DNA of 37,787 nt from Barthelona sp. PCE (lineage: Eukaryota), in NCBI GenBank assembly GCA_040285745.1, contig JAUFOR010000003.1, positions 1,550,001-1,587,787 of the forward strand. The letters are read 5' to 3'. Position numbers and translations under genes: made by a program. Positions 20,800 to 31,578 of the stretch are shown here, piece by piece. Under the pieces are notes generated by a model that worked only from the letters and a program-made list of their open reading frames with translations, had not been told where the DNA came from and made no database searches. Positions within the stretch are counted from its first letter, which is position 1; each line of letters starts with the position of its first letter.

Positions 20800-21960
20800 C
20801 TAAAAAACATAACCCTCGCCGCAATAACTCTTGAGTGGGCTGACTTCAGCATGCGCTCCAGTCCAACTATGGTGAAGATCAAGTAGCATCTGCTGGCCCT
20901 GCTCTGGTGTGTCCTTTGCGGCCCCATTAGCGTTCTTGAAAGGGCCAAACTCCACATGACGCTCGGTACGCATCACAGCGGTCTTGACAGAACGCTCAAG
21001 AGCATCAAAAATAAACTTCTCAATCTTATAGGCGTTGGGTTCCTGAGGTTCGTACTCTTCTTCACAAGGAATCTTTTTATGAGCAAAATGGTACGGGAGG
21101 GGTTCCTCTAAAAGAGATTTCATGAGGACAGTCGAGAAAATATGGTTTGCAATATTCGCCTCGGTGAACGGTGTGCAGTCCTCTTCCTCCTCAGGGAGTT
21201 CAGAGTATTCAACAACACGGACGCCTCCACCCCTGGCAATAATTGCTCCTGCTCGCTCTCTAGGGAGACGAAGTACTGACTTCAGGGCAGCGTCAGCCTC
21301 CTGCTTGTGCGTGTAGTGCATAAATATGGGGTCGCAAGGGAGAACAAGTACGTTATCAACGGAAAAAATGTGAACATACTCAATATTTCGTGACTCCAAT
21401 TCGTGAACCGGAAAAACGCTGAAAATGGCACCATTACCGTCAGGGAGGTTAGTGAGGGTTCCATCTGGGTTGTTTAACAGCTCACCCTCCTTGTTCATGG
21501 CTGGAAGGCCTGTTTGAGAGAAGAAAATGACGTCTTCCTCAGAAAGCCCGAAGAAATCATTGGTCCGGAAGAATCTCTTTGTCTCTGCATCGTTCAACAA
21601 AGATGTCATGATGAAAAAGGGGATTCGAACACCGCTAAGCTTGTTCAAACGAAGGATACGCTCAGCAAACAATTGGAAAAGACTTTTGTTAGAGTGGGGT
21701 CCTGCAGGATACATTCCCTTGGGGTGGTCAAAACCAAGACGTGTTCCTTGACCTCCTGCCATGACACAAGCGCCACATAAATGCTCTTTCATAAACTCAA
21801 TACCCTCATTGAATAAAACACCCATGTCACTCGTTGCAATGTTTTCGATTGAGAAGACTTCCTGAACAGCATCAATCGATTCTTTACCTTCCAAAGCAGG
21901 ATTTTCGATGTATGCCTTTAATTGCTCGCGAATGCTCTTAAAATCGACGTTTTCTCCCAT
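20800..21960 (-). CDS. UAP1: UDP-N-acetylglucosamine pyrophosphorylase
   Basis: MAGGQGTRLG..PKG, PDGNG, SVDN, VVEYSE, KIEKFIFD, EFGPFKNA, EVSPLKSYCGEG. Confidence 0.93.
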   Translation of the reverse strand: MGENVDFKSIREQLKAYIENPALEGKESIDAVQEVFSIENIATSDMGVLFNEGIEFMKEHLCGACVMAGGQGTRLGFDHPKGMYPAGPHSNKSLFQLFAERILRLNKLSGVRIPFFIMTSLLNDAETKRFFRTNDFFGLSEEDVIFFSQTGLPAMNKEGELLNNPDGTLTNLPDGNGAIFSVFPVHELESRNIEYVHIFSVDNVLVLPCDPIFMHYTHKQEADAALKSVLRLPRERAGAIIARGGGVRVVEYSELPEEEEDCTPFTEANIANHIFSTVLMKSLLEEPLPYHFAHKKIPCEEEYEPQEPNAYKIEKFIFDALERSVKTAVMRTERHVEFGPFKNANGAAKDTPEQGQQMLLDLHHSWTGAHAEVSPLKSYCGEGYVF

Positions 21961-22398
21961 TTGATATATATTTCGTGTTACTACGATATGAATGAAGACA
22001 AAAATTGTGAAACATAGCAGTAAAAAAGCAATACAAAAAGAATACGGTGAACAGTCTTAATTCTTTGAGCACACTCATTTGTTCAAATAATTATTGAATA
22101 AATTGTTTTTATACGCCAATATTATGAAACTCGTGATTCTATGTTCTTTATTCGTCCATTCCAAATTAACACCCGTGATACTCGTTATTTGCTCCTGAAG
22201 GACTAAAAAAATATTTTCAAATACTCTAATTAGATATACTACAAAATATCTGCTCAATACATCACATTAAAATGATTTAATATATGCTTTGAGGTCGAAT
22301 AAACGATAAATGAACCGATTCAAAGACGCTTAAAGACTTTAGTATTCAATTAGTATTGTAAACAATTTTCTTTCCTTTTCAACGTATATCATTAGAAA

Positions 22399-24967
22399 AT
22401 GAGCGTTCCCCAAATGTCAAAGTCGCTCTTCGACTATATTAAACGAATCGGTGAAGCTAGATTTAAGAACGTGTGTTTTTTTTTTCATAAAAAACCATAT
22501 CTGTGGGTTTTTGTGCAATGTACAAGCATCTAACGTTTAGACTGAGAAGGGTGTCATGCGTAAAGAACTCACTGACCTCAAAAAGAAGTGTGAGGGTTTT
22601 AACAAGTTGAACGAAAAAGCACTCGGTGAGCTTATGATCCGTCTCATTTACTCGGATTTACTGGGCTATGATATTAAGTTTGGCCACTTTGCAGTCGTTC
22701 AAGCTTGCGCCAACTCAAATCCGTTTGTGAAGCAACTTGCATTTTTAGCCCTAACTCAGTTTTTCTCTCCTGAGCATGAGTTCAGTGTTCTGACAATTGC
22801 AAGTATCCAAGACGACCTGGAAACTAACAGCCCTTGTGCCATTAACACAGCTTTAACTGCATTGGCCAATGTTGCCAACACACAGTACTTGCCATCGCTT
22901 ATCCCCCAGGTTCTTCAGTTGTTGTCCCATAGAGACGACTCGGTTGTCATTCATGCACTGAACACGTTGACGCTTGTTTTTGATCGATATGAGACCGATG
23001 ATGCACTCATTTTTTTCAGCGACAACATTGGCGAGCTGAACCGCTGCCTGTCCCACTCCAACCTGATGGTCGTCAATGGCGTCCTTGAGGTGTTCAAGGG
23101 CGTCGCTAAGCTCGACGCTTCTCTGTTATACGATGGCGTGGGCACCATCTGTAATCAAATGACTGAGATATTGCATTCCCGCACCCTCCCCAAGAACAAC
23201 TATCACAACATCACAGCGCCGTGGTTCATCTGCACCGGCCTCGAGCTTCTAGGGCTCATATGCAAGGATAATCATGAGCACTCCAATAAGGTTTATCAGG
23301 TTCTGAGCCTCCTGTACAGACAGTACGCCAAATCTCTTCCAGACACCACCGAGAACAGTTTGTTTGCGATCTTCTACGCATTCTGCTTCTGTGTTAGCCA
23401 GATTTATCCCAGCGACGCATACCTCCAAAACGCAAATGAGATTGTGACAATCTTCCTCGCACACAACGCAGCGCGCGTTAAGTACCTTGGCTTGAAGGCC
23501 CTCGACCTGCTCCTCTGTCAAGATAGCGCAATTGCACTCAGGCATCAGGAAAGCATTCTCGAGGCACTAGATTCCGAAGACATCACCCTGCGCCAGCTCT
23601 CTTTCGAGCTCTTGTTCAAAATTGCAGACGGAACTAACATTGAACACATCTCCAAGCGCTTCCGTGCCTTTATTAAGCTGGAATTCAACGCAGAATCGAA
23701 AATGAGTTTGATGCTTCAGTACGCCGGTCTCTGCTCCCGCCTCGCTCCCTCTGGTGAGTGGTATATCGAGGCCATCAGCATTCTTCTGGCTTATGCCCCA
23801 GAAAACAGCAGCGAGCAACACTTGGAAGAGCTGGCTACTGCCCTCAGTACTGTCCTCAAGGATGGCACAGGTGATGCGGTCACTGATGACCAGCTTCGTG
23901 ACTTTGCCGTCGACTTCTTCGCCCAAACAATCCTCAACCAGAATGGAAGCATCACCCCAACCATGATTAATTCGTACCTTCTCCGCGTTTTCTTCTTTGT
24001 CTTTGCAGAGTACTCTGCGTACGCCACGAACATCGAGGATGTTAACAATGCAATCAGCGTTGCCTTACGCCTCCCTGCCGCTTATCAGTCTGCTGAGGCG
24101 CTTGCCGTCGTAATTGACTTGATCGTCGTCATGCTTGACCGTGTTGAGCTTGATATCGACTCTGTCATCTCCTCAATTACCCGTGCTAGAGCTCTGTTGG
24201 ATAAAACACCGCTACTAGACTCTGCTTACAAGCGTTTCCGCGCAGTCATTGATCGTCGTACAGCTAACCTATATCAAACACCTCAGTTCTCCGCCGTCTT
24301 TGACGTCTCTGTTCTGGAACAGTTCACAGTCGCTGCCTTAGATGGTGGTGAGGACGAGTATGTCAGCCGCGATGAGCGCGATCACCTAAGCGTTGCTATG
24401 CAGGTTGAGAATGTACGTTTCGAAGCTGAACCTTCTACCGAAAAGAAGCCAGAGCCTACACGAGCTACCATCACTGCAAAGGCTACTGCGTCTAATGATG
24501 GTGGTCTCTTCAGCGGGCTGGCAGTTAGTGGACCGTGGGGTTCTAAAACTGAAGCTGCCAAGCCGAAGGAGGAGAGTCCTGAGAAGCCAAAGCCCAAAAC
24601 AAACCTGTTTGAGGGTCTCATGGGTTCTCCTGTTTCATCAAAGGAGGAAGCACCTAAGCCCAAGCGCGATATGGACCTCTTTGGCTCTCTTGCATCACCA
24701 GTTGAGAAGGTTACTGAAATTTCCTCCGTAAAGGTCGAAGAGAAGCCAAAGAAGGGCCTTCTTGATTTCCTTGATACGCCTGTCGTCGCTAATGAGCCTA
24801 CACCTGCTTCTGTGGTTGAGAGTCCAGTACCAAAACCCAAGCCCAAGAAGAATGATCTTTTTGATTTACTTGGCACTGCACCCAAAAACAACTCACCTGT
24901 GCAACCTGTAACTCAACCCACACCCAAGAAGACCAACACCAAGGATCTTTTGGATTTCTTCGATTAA
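22399..24967 (+). CDS. AP4E1: AP-4 complex subunit epsilon (exons 22399-22470 and 22541-24967)
   Basis: Exon 1 SKSLFDYIKRIGEAR; IRLIYSDLLGYDIKFGHFAVV, YHNITAPW, LDSEDITLRQLSFELL, RLAPSGEWYI; low-complexity hinge with LF/DLL motifs. Confidence 0.88.
22471..22540 (+). other. 70-nt spliceosomal intron
   Basis: GTGTGT...ATCTAACGTTTAG; removal restores the conserved adaptin N-terminus in frame (24 codons + TEKGVMRK). Confidence 0.88.
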
Positions 24968-24986
24968 AGTTAGTAAAAATGTCAGT

Positions 24987-26849
24987 TTACAAATACAATA
25001 AATTGTTTGAAAAATTTTTATGTATTTCAATCTCTGTTGCTTGCAAAGCATCAAGCACACTAATCCTTTTCACTGATATCTCAAAAGCAGAATAATCGTC
25101 CTTAAACGTCAGATACTCAACTTGAACCATGTACTCTTCCAACCTTTTCGAGACTTTTAGCAGACGCTCTCTTTGATCTGAACCATAAAAGTTATCAGAA
25201 TCACCAATCTTCCACGGTAATTTCATGATATCTACCACACTACCACTGCCTTCTTCATATCTGTAAAGCTGATCACCCACCACAAAAATATCCTTATCTA
25301 CAAACATAAACAGACTGTTAGGGCCTTCAAATGGTATCAATCGCACCATACGATCAACTATCACACATAAATTAAGCTTCGAATCATCCCCAAAACCAAT
25401 TCTAAGCAAAGCCAAGCTCTCACAGTACTGATTAGTTTCTAATGTGGTTCTCATACCAACAAACTTGTGATACTGCCAGTCAACCGTATCGTTGATATTA
25501 TTCAAGATAATCACCGCAAAGTAGTGTGAACCGCCAATCCACAACACATTGCGGCGCATACTCAAGGACATTGGGCTTTGATAAATACCATCTATAAACC
25601 CACACTCATGATATACATTCCCGTTCAATTTAACCCCTGAATCATCAATATATGCACAATGTATACTATTTGCACATACTGAACAGGCAAATTCTTCGTA
25701 ATGATATGAAAAAACCTCCTTCTTCCCAAAATAAACAACAAGATTGTTTTCATTACAATACGCATGCGCTATCTCACCCTCCACATCAACGCTGACCCAA
25801 ACAAGATCCTTTGTTTCAAAAACATTAACATTACACGTAAACAAATACATTTTGGGGATTCTTAATAAGAAATCGTAATACAAAACATGAGCACTTGAAT
25901 AAAAAGCCAAACAAGGTCTTGGATCCAAACTCAATTCACATTTGACGTCATTTATGATCGAAAACATAGTATCTGGCACGTCCATGATGCTAAAAGGATA
26001 AAAAGCGCCATCATGATACATATACATTTCTCCATCGATGTTAAGAACATTTTTTGCAAAAATACTCGACACATCTACCGCAATGATACCCTCATCATCT
26101 CGAAATATACAGTTGTTCCAATTAGTAAAGTAGCGTTGCCCACCTGATATGAATGTAACACGATGCAAGCGACCAAAAAAATTCTTTGCAACGGGAGAGC
26201 GAACATCAACTCTCTCAACATGAACCCCTCCCTCATCAACTTTAATAAATAATGAACCTCCTAATGATTCAAAGCATCTAGTTGTGTTGTTTCTGTCTAA
26301 AACATCGTAGTTCTTGGTTGTAAAATCAAATATCTTACCCACCAACACAAACTCAAGACTCTTATCCTTTTTGAGAACTAATATGCCCATCTGCCCCCTT
26401 CTTGCTCCAAAAAAGAAAGGATGATTCGCTTTATGTTCGAAAATAATGTCCTGGAATGTGATTATCTCTCCAGTTTCAATGCAGTAAAAACAATTTCCAT
26501 AACGATCAAGAATGTACAAGTCTTTAACATATGACAGCGTTTTAAAGTTGTTCACCGTTTCGTTTTCAATAACACATGATTTGACATGAACCATTTCATC
26601 ATTCTTCAGTTCATGGTATTGAACAAAAATCAATCCTTCTCTTCTTTGCAATGAGGCATATAATGATTCGCTGTATGCGCATTTGGACATCACACCGGTT
26701 GGATTGTAAGGAATCTTTCTGTTTTTGTCAAGCATAACTATAAAATGTGGAAGAACATCAGAGCTTTCTGATAAAAACAATGCAAAATCAATGTTCGCAC
26801 ATATTGCATTACTTGCCCTTGTTTGAATAATGGAAGGAGGCCTTGGCAT
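24987..26849 (-). CDS. MPR-family beta-rich hypothetical protein (subfamily 2)
   Basis: 620-aa ORF beginning MPR; colinear similarity to 28796..30664. Confidence 0.8.
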   Translation of the reverse strand: MPRPPSIIQTRASNAICANIDFALFLSESSDVLPHFIVMLDKNRKIPYNPTGVMSKCAYSESLYASLQRREGLIFVQYHELKNDEMVHVKSCVIENETVNNFKTLSYVKDLYILDRYGNCFYCIETGEIITFQDIIFEHKANHPFFFGARRGQMGILVLKKDKSLEFVLVGKIFDFTTKNYDVLDRNNTTRCFESLGGSLFIKVDEGGVHVERVDVRSPVAKNFFGRLHRVTFISGGQRYFTNWNNCIFRDDEGIIAVDVSSIFAKNVLNIDGEMYMYHDGAFYPFSIMDVPDTMFSIINDVKCELSLDPRPCLAFYSSAHVLYYDFLLRIPKMYLFTCNVNVFETKDLVWVSVDVEGEIAHAYCNENNLVVYFGKKEVFSYHYEEFACSVCANSIHCAYIDDSGVKLNGNVYHECGFIDGIYQSPMSLSMRRNVLWIGGSHYFAVIILNNINDTVDWQYHKFVGMRTTLETNQYCESLALLRIGFGDDSKLNLCVIVDRMVRLIPFEGPNSLFMFVDKDIFVVGDQLYRYEEGSGSVVDIMKLPWKIGDSDNFYGSDQRERLLKVSKRLEEYMVQVEYLTFKDDYSAFEISVKRISVLDALQATEIEIHKNFSNNLLYL

Positions 26850-27114
26850 TAATTAGCACAATGAAAAGAAAGAAGAAAAGGAAAGCTGAAACAAAATCTG
26901 TTTCAAAGCTGACATTGTGGTTTGAAAGGTTGAACAAAGGTCTTATAGCGATAATTTTCAACAAACAAAAAAACTATCACATGCACAGCAATTTGTGGGT
27001 TGTTCGTCAGATTTAATCGTTAAATTATTCATTTAACTCCGATTGTATGAAAATTCGAATTCTAAAAGTCAAAATTGCCACTGTTTTCTTTTTTTAACTC
27101 TTTTTTTCATTATA

Positions 27115-28038
27115 ATGTCGGAAAACGTCGTCGTTTCATTGTCACAGGCTTTAAAGTCCGTTGAGAAGGTTGAAAGGAATACCCGACCAGTGGTTGGTGA
27201 TAGAAGAAACAGAAAACAGCGTAAAACAGCTAAGCAACACGCAGTTTCAAGGGAAGACCAGAACAGACGCACAGCATTCGTGGGAAATGTACCACTGGAG
27301 ATTAGCAGAAAGGCATTCTCCAAGTTTTTACTTAAAAATGAGGTTGATTACGAAAGTTTTCGATTCAGATCTCGTCCAAAGCGCCTTGAAACAAAGAAGA
27401 ACGCTGAAAAGGAGGAAGAAGAGGAAGAAGAAATCATTCACACTAAAAATTCTCAAAACATTTACGTTGTCATGAAGGACCTCGAGGGTTTGGAGAAGTT
27501 GGTACAGTTGAATGGCATTGAGCTGTCCACCCACAAGCTAAAGATTGATTTCGCTGATAAGAAGAAATCCGAGAGGCAGTTCGACAGCAAGAGAACACTG
27601 TTCATAGGCAATCTTCCAAAGGTCGTGGTTGAGGACGTATTTCTGTTCTTCCTCAACGAGACATGCGGCTTTGAAGAGGATGGCTCTGTTGAAAGCGTTC
27701 GAATCGTACGTGATGAACGCACAGATGAATGCAAAGGTTTCGGTTACGTACGGTTCTCAAACGATTTAAACACTATGCTTGCCAGAAAGCGCCTTGAAGG
27801 TGCTGAGTTTGGTGATAAAAAGCTTCGTGTTGAGAAATGTCACAGCTTGAAGCGCCAAAAAGAACAAAAAATTGAAAAAGCAAAAGATGAGAAAAAGAAG
27901 CAGTATGAAAAGCGTAAACAGACGCAACGTATCAAAAATGAGAAAGCAAGAAAGCGTACTGGCTTTATGGGCCAGAAAGCTTCAGCTGATAAACCTCTGA
28001 AATTACAAAGAACCTATAAGAAAAACAGACGTAAATAG
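27115..28038 (+). CDS. RBM34: Nucleolar two-RRM protein, RBM34/Nop12-like
   Basis: RTAFVGNVP..ESFRFRS, RTLFIGNLP, VESVRIVRD..CKGFGYVRF; basic tail with FMGQKA. Confidence 0.85.
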   Translation: MSENVVVSLSQALKSVEKVERNTRPVVGDRRNRKQRKTAKQHAVSREDQNRRTAFVGNVPLEISRKAFSKFLLKNEVDYESFRFRSRPKRLETKKNAEKEEEEEEEIIHTKNSQNIYVVMKDLEGLEKLVQLNGIELSTHKLKIDFADKKKSERQFDSKRTLFIGNLPKVVVEDVFLFFLNETCGFEEDGSVESVRIVRDERTDECKGFGYVRFSNDLNTMLARKRLEGAEFGDKKLRVEKCHSLKRQKEQKIEKAKDEKKKQYEKRKQTQRIKNEKARKRTGFMGQKASADKPLKLQRTYKKNRRK

Positions 28039-28063
28039 TACCTTTTGAAAAATAAACAAGTTT

Positions 28064-28603
28064 TTACAGCTTTAAAGATAACCTTTGGATGTGTGTCATT
28101 TGTTTCCGCTTCTTCTTCTTGCCTAATGTACGAGAAGAAGGGGATTTTGCGAGAACAACACTATCTGTTGTCAAATCCAGTTTAATTGCTGCTTCCCTCT
28201 TATGCCTTGGCCGATCTTCTTTCTCTTTACGAGTTTGTACAACAGAAAATCGGCTCTTCTTCACAGAACGAGGTGTTTCATCCACACGCAGTTTTTGTTG
28301 CTGCGGTTTGTGTTGTGTGGGTGATATGTGGCGGACAGGATGAGCATTGCTAAGCCTTTCTTTCAGCTCATTGTTCTCTTTTTCAAGACAAAAACTTTTG
28401 TACTCTAACTCATCAATTCGCTGTTCTAAAGCTTTTATCTTCTCAAGAGCAGCATTTTGTGACGGTTGATTCTCAGATATACTTGATGAATAACGTTTAA
28501 CTGGACTTGGATTTGTGTTTGAATTTTGTTTCCGAGTTGGCTTGGGCGTTACGATTAATTCAGGATTACGCAACCGTTCTAGCAACTTCGAGGCATCAAA
28601 CAT
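28064..28603 (-). CDS. Hypothetical basic coiled-coil protein
   Basis: ATG-initiated 179 aa; heptads LEKIKALEQRIDELE..LEKENNELKERL. Confidence 0.7.
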   Translation of the reverse strand: MFDASKLLERLRNPELIVTPKPTRKQNSNTNPSPVKRYSSSISENQPSQNAALEKIKALEQRIDELEYKSFCLEKENNELKERLSNAHPVRHISPTQHKPQQQKLRVDETPRSVKKSRFSVVQTRKEKEDRPRHKREAAIKLDLTTDSVVLAKSPSSRTLGKKKKRKQMTHIQRLSLKL

Positions 28604-28795
28604 GATACCTTTTAAGTGTAAATGTCAAAGAGAAGGGAAAATTGCGATAACACTTGAACAAATCTTCAACAATGCTCGACCGGATTGTCATCACTTATAT
28701 ATATTTCAATGCCACATTTCAATGTTGAAAATTTCCAAGTACTTGTAAAACACTTTTTCTACTATCTCAATCGCTTTTTTTTTGAACTAATCCAC

Positions 28796-30664
28796 ATGCC
28801 TAGGGCAAATATTTCTTATTCTGATAATTTTACGTTCAATCGTTTCGGAAAATGGGTAATTTTGCAGTATTGTGATGATAAACACAATGATACAATATTT
28901 CATTGCTTTGTTGACAAAAAATCGTCCACGATTGATGCACCGGCCCCCATTTCAGAATCAAAAGTTCAACTACAACACACCAGTTTATTCTTTTCTGAGT
29001 ACCCTGAAGTTTCATTATTAAACAGTTCTCTTTACTACCACTATCGTGTGTGTAGTGAGATGGACAATAGTGAAGATGTCATTGTAATGCTAGAATTGTA
29101 CCATTTCGAGGGAGGAATATTTCACTTTGTCAAAAGTATTCAGTTTTCCTGGTGCAAGGAATATTCAAGCGGTGCAAAGTTACTTAACGAGAAATATTGG
29201 TACAACAGCACAAGAGGAAAGATTGCTTTATGCAGTTTAGAAAGCGGAAAATCATTTGTATTAACATACCCTAATAATCTGATTCGCTTTCTCTGGACAT
29301 TTGTTCAACAAGGAGTAGTTCTCTTTATTGACGGAAGGTACAAGTCAATAGTGTGTTGTTTGGCTTTCGAAGACAATGGAGATCCAGTCCTTTCGTTAAA
29401 CCATCCATTGGTGGGTATAAAGTGCGTTGCATTTGACACAACACCGGGAAGTAGCCGTGTGATATATGAAGAAGCAGTGAAATTGCCAGAAAAAGTACAG
29501 CCAACTTTTATTCGTTATAATGATCTGATTTTGCAGTACAAGGATCACTCTAGATCACGTAGTTGGTTTGTTGATAGTGGGATTGTGCTATTTACAGGTA
29601 AAACTATAGTTACTTTGAACGGGAAGTTACACTATCATGATGTAGATGAAAGGGCTTTTTTTCCCCTCACAAGACATGAATTCAGGGCCTTTTTCGCTAT
29701 TCAACGTGGTTCGCGCATCCATTGCATGGAAACAAACTTGCAAAAAGGATTCCATGGGAATTACGTTGCTTGGAATCTTCTTTCCAACTGCTGTACATTG
29801 TTTTTTCCTTCAATTGATGTTGGTAAGGACATTTTTCTCAGTAGTGTCAGTTGTTTCTATGATTTGGAACTCAGAAAGTGGCGTCAAACTTGTGTTTTAA
29901 AAAAAAAGGAAGAGTTTCATCTGTATCTTGACGGTGTGTTTTTCAGTTCAAAACCACGAAGTGTGTATGATATAAGTGATGACGTTCCTCTCTTTAACGA
30001 TAAAATCTTTGTTGAGCCATTGAAAGATAAGGATACTGTTGATCTTGTGGTGAACGGTTCATACTTCACGACGGTTGAGAATAATTACGATTTCAGCTTC
30101 GTCGATAATGTGGTGTGGGCCAATATGAACAATACAGAAATGGCTGTATGTTTTGTTAATGGTGCCGAAATCATTGAAGCCTATCATACAATTTTTCCAA
30201 ACTACTTCGTTTGCAACAATTACTGCCCTATAGAAGCTTTAATAATAAGAGAGCACGAGAATTCTGTGAAATATATGATGCTCAGATATTGTGATTTTGA
30301 AATTGAAGAATACTCTGTTTCTGAGCTAAGTTTTGATGAATATGCTATTGATGCTGTATTTTTAGAACAAAGCATAGTGTTTTTCGGCGGAAAAGTATAT
30401 TGTTTAGGTTCTGCGGGTGTTGAAAGAGTCATTGATATTCCAGGTTGGAGCAATGATGAATATGAGTTTTATTCGCCCGAACCAGGTGTTTTAGTCCGGC
30501 ATCTAAAGTATTTGGATGGTTTCGAGGTTAAATTGGACATTGCTAAATTTGGTAAGAACTTTTTAGATTTTGAAATTGAGCATAAAAGCATAAATATCGA
30601 GGAGTTTCTTTCTGATTGCAGTGTCAAAGTGTTCTCAGCATTCGGTAGCTATTCGCCTCGTTGA
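28796..30664 (+). CDS. MPR-family beta-rich hypothetical protein (subfamily 2)
   Basis: Likely start MPRANIS at 28796; paralog of 24987..26849. Confidence 0.8.
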   Translation: MPRANISYSDNFTFNRFGKWVILQYCDDKHNDTIFHCFVDKKSSTIDAPAPISESKVQLQHTSLFFSEYPEVSLLNSSLYYHYRVCSEMDNSEDVIVMLELYHFEGGIFHFVKSIQFSWCKEYSSGAKLLNEKYWYNSTRGKIALCSLESGKSFVLTYPNNLIRFLWTFVQQGVVLFIDGRYKSIVCCLAFEDNGDPVLSLNHPLVGIKCVAFDTTPGSSRVIYEEAVKLPEKVQPTFIRYNDLILQYKDHSRSRSWFVDSGIVLFTGKTIVTLNGKLHYHDVDERAFFPLTRHEFRAFFAIQRGSRIHCMETNLQKGFHGNYVAWNLLSNCCTLFFPSIDVGKDIFLSSVSCFYDLELRKWRQTCVLKKKEEFHLYLDGVFFSSKPRSVYDISDDVPLFNDKIFVEPLKDKDTVDLVVNGSYFTTVENNYDFSFVDNVVWANMNNTEMAVCFVNGAEIIEAYHTIFPNYFVCNNYCPIEALIIREHENSVKYMMLRYCDFEIEEYSVSELSFDEYAIDAVFLEQSIVFFGGKVYCLGSAGVERVIDIPGWSNDEYEFYSPEPGVLVRHLKYLDGFEVKLDIAKFGKNFLDFEIEHKSINIEEFLSDCSVKVFSAFGSYSPR

Positions 30665-30675
30665 AAAGCTGCAAT

Positions 30676-31216
30676 TTAATTGAGTTGTCGCTTTGTTGAA
30701 CATAACTCATGAGTTGATGATATCAACCTCAATAACACGTGGAAAAATGAGGAACGAGCGTTGGGATAGCTGTTCAACGATGCAAAGAGTGTGTTAAGGT
30801 TCATTTGCTTCCTTAAACCCGCACGTAACTCCTGTATTGTATTCTTACTAATTGTGTTACTTTTGGAGTTAACAATTCCCGCATTTAAGAACGCATGATC
30901 GATACACAGTTACCCTCGAATAATGCTGGGAAAACATCAACATAGCATAGAATGGAAATATCCTCAATGCTATTCTCCTCACTTAAACAATTCAAAAGGT
31001 TAAAAAACGAAATGCCATCCATAGATGCATGGCTGAAGTTGTTTCTAATGGCAAAAACCAAATAGGAATCGAATAAACGGTGTCATCAGTGTCATTTAGA
31101 GTAGAATACCAATGACCAAACAATTTGCGAATAACCACCTGTGAGCTATGCACCAACCTTGCTATGTCGGTGTTAGAACCGCCTTCTATGCCGTTTATGA
31201 GATACATTTCAGTCAT
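30676..31216 (-). pseudogene. Probable frameshifted gene relic
   Basis: Three successive overlapping open frames; the last ends at a TAA (30676-30678) 11 bp from the convergent stop at 30664, the spacing seen for real gene pairs here. Confidence 0.35.
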
Positions 31217-31373
31217 GCACTACACAGAGGGATTGCCGGTATGCAATATTCAGTAGCATTTATTTTCAAGCAGTGCTTTTGAGTTATATATAGTACAGTA
31301 ACTGTGTGTGCGTATATGATTAAGCTGTATAAATTAATTTAGGGGTTGTAAAGTTTATTGAAAAAAAAAATGT

Positions 31374-31554
31374 TAATTAGTAATTTTTAATCGATTTTGG
31401 GTCTCTACCGTTTGATTATACCACTATTTTCGATATACTTAACCTCTAATTACGTGAGATAGACGAGAAAACTGACCGAAAATTGTGATTAACCAACACA
31501 ATACTTGATACTTTGGCTCGAACATTTCCGTCTCGAAAGCAAAAATCGAGATAT
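31374..31554 (+). repeat. 181-bp tRNA-upstream element, copy 1
   Basis: Gap-free match to 32883..33063 (26 mismatches by hand count). Confidence 0.9.
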
Positions 31555-31555
31555 G

Positions 31556-31578
31556 GCGCCTATAGCTCAGTTGGCAGA
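31556..31578 (+). pseudogene. 5' fragment (23 nt) of tRNA-Phe
   Basis: GCGCCTATAGCTCAGTTGGCAGA is identical to 33068-33090; no anticodon arm or T arm follows. Confidence 0.85.

Noticed and set aside
20800-21960. Bacterial origin of the short UAP1
   Set aside because: The C-terminal EVSPLKSYCGEG looks eukaryote-like; no claim is possible without a phylogeny.
3345-24891. Long antisense or alternate-frame ORFs (e.g. 3345..3932, 13387..14013, 24382..24891)
   Set aside because: They lie wholly within well-supported genes and have no motifs; shadow ORFs.
31221-31245. U6-like ACAGAG motif
   Set aside because: It reads ACAGAGGGATTGCC, lacking ACAGAGA, the AGC triad and the internal stem-loop.
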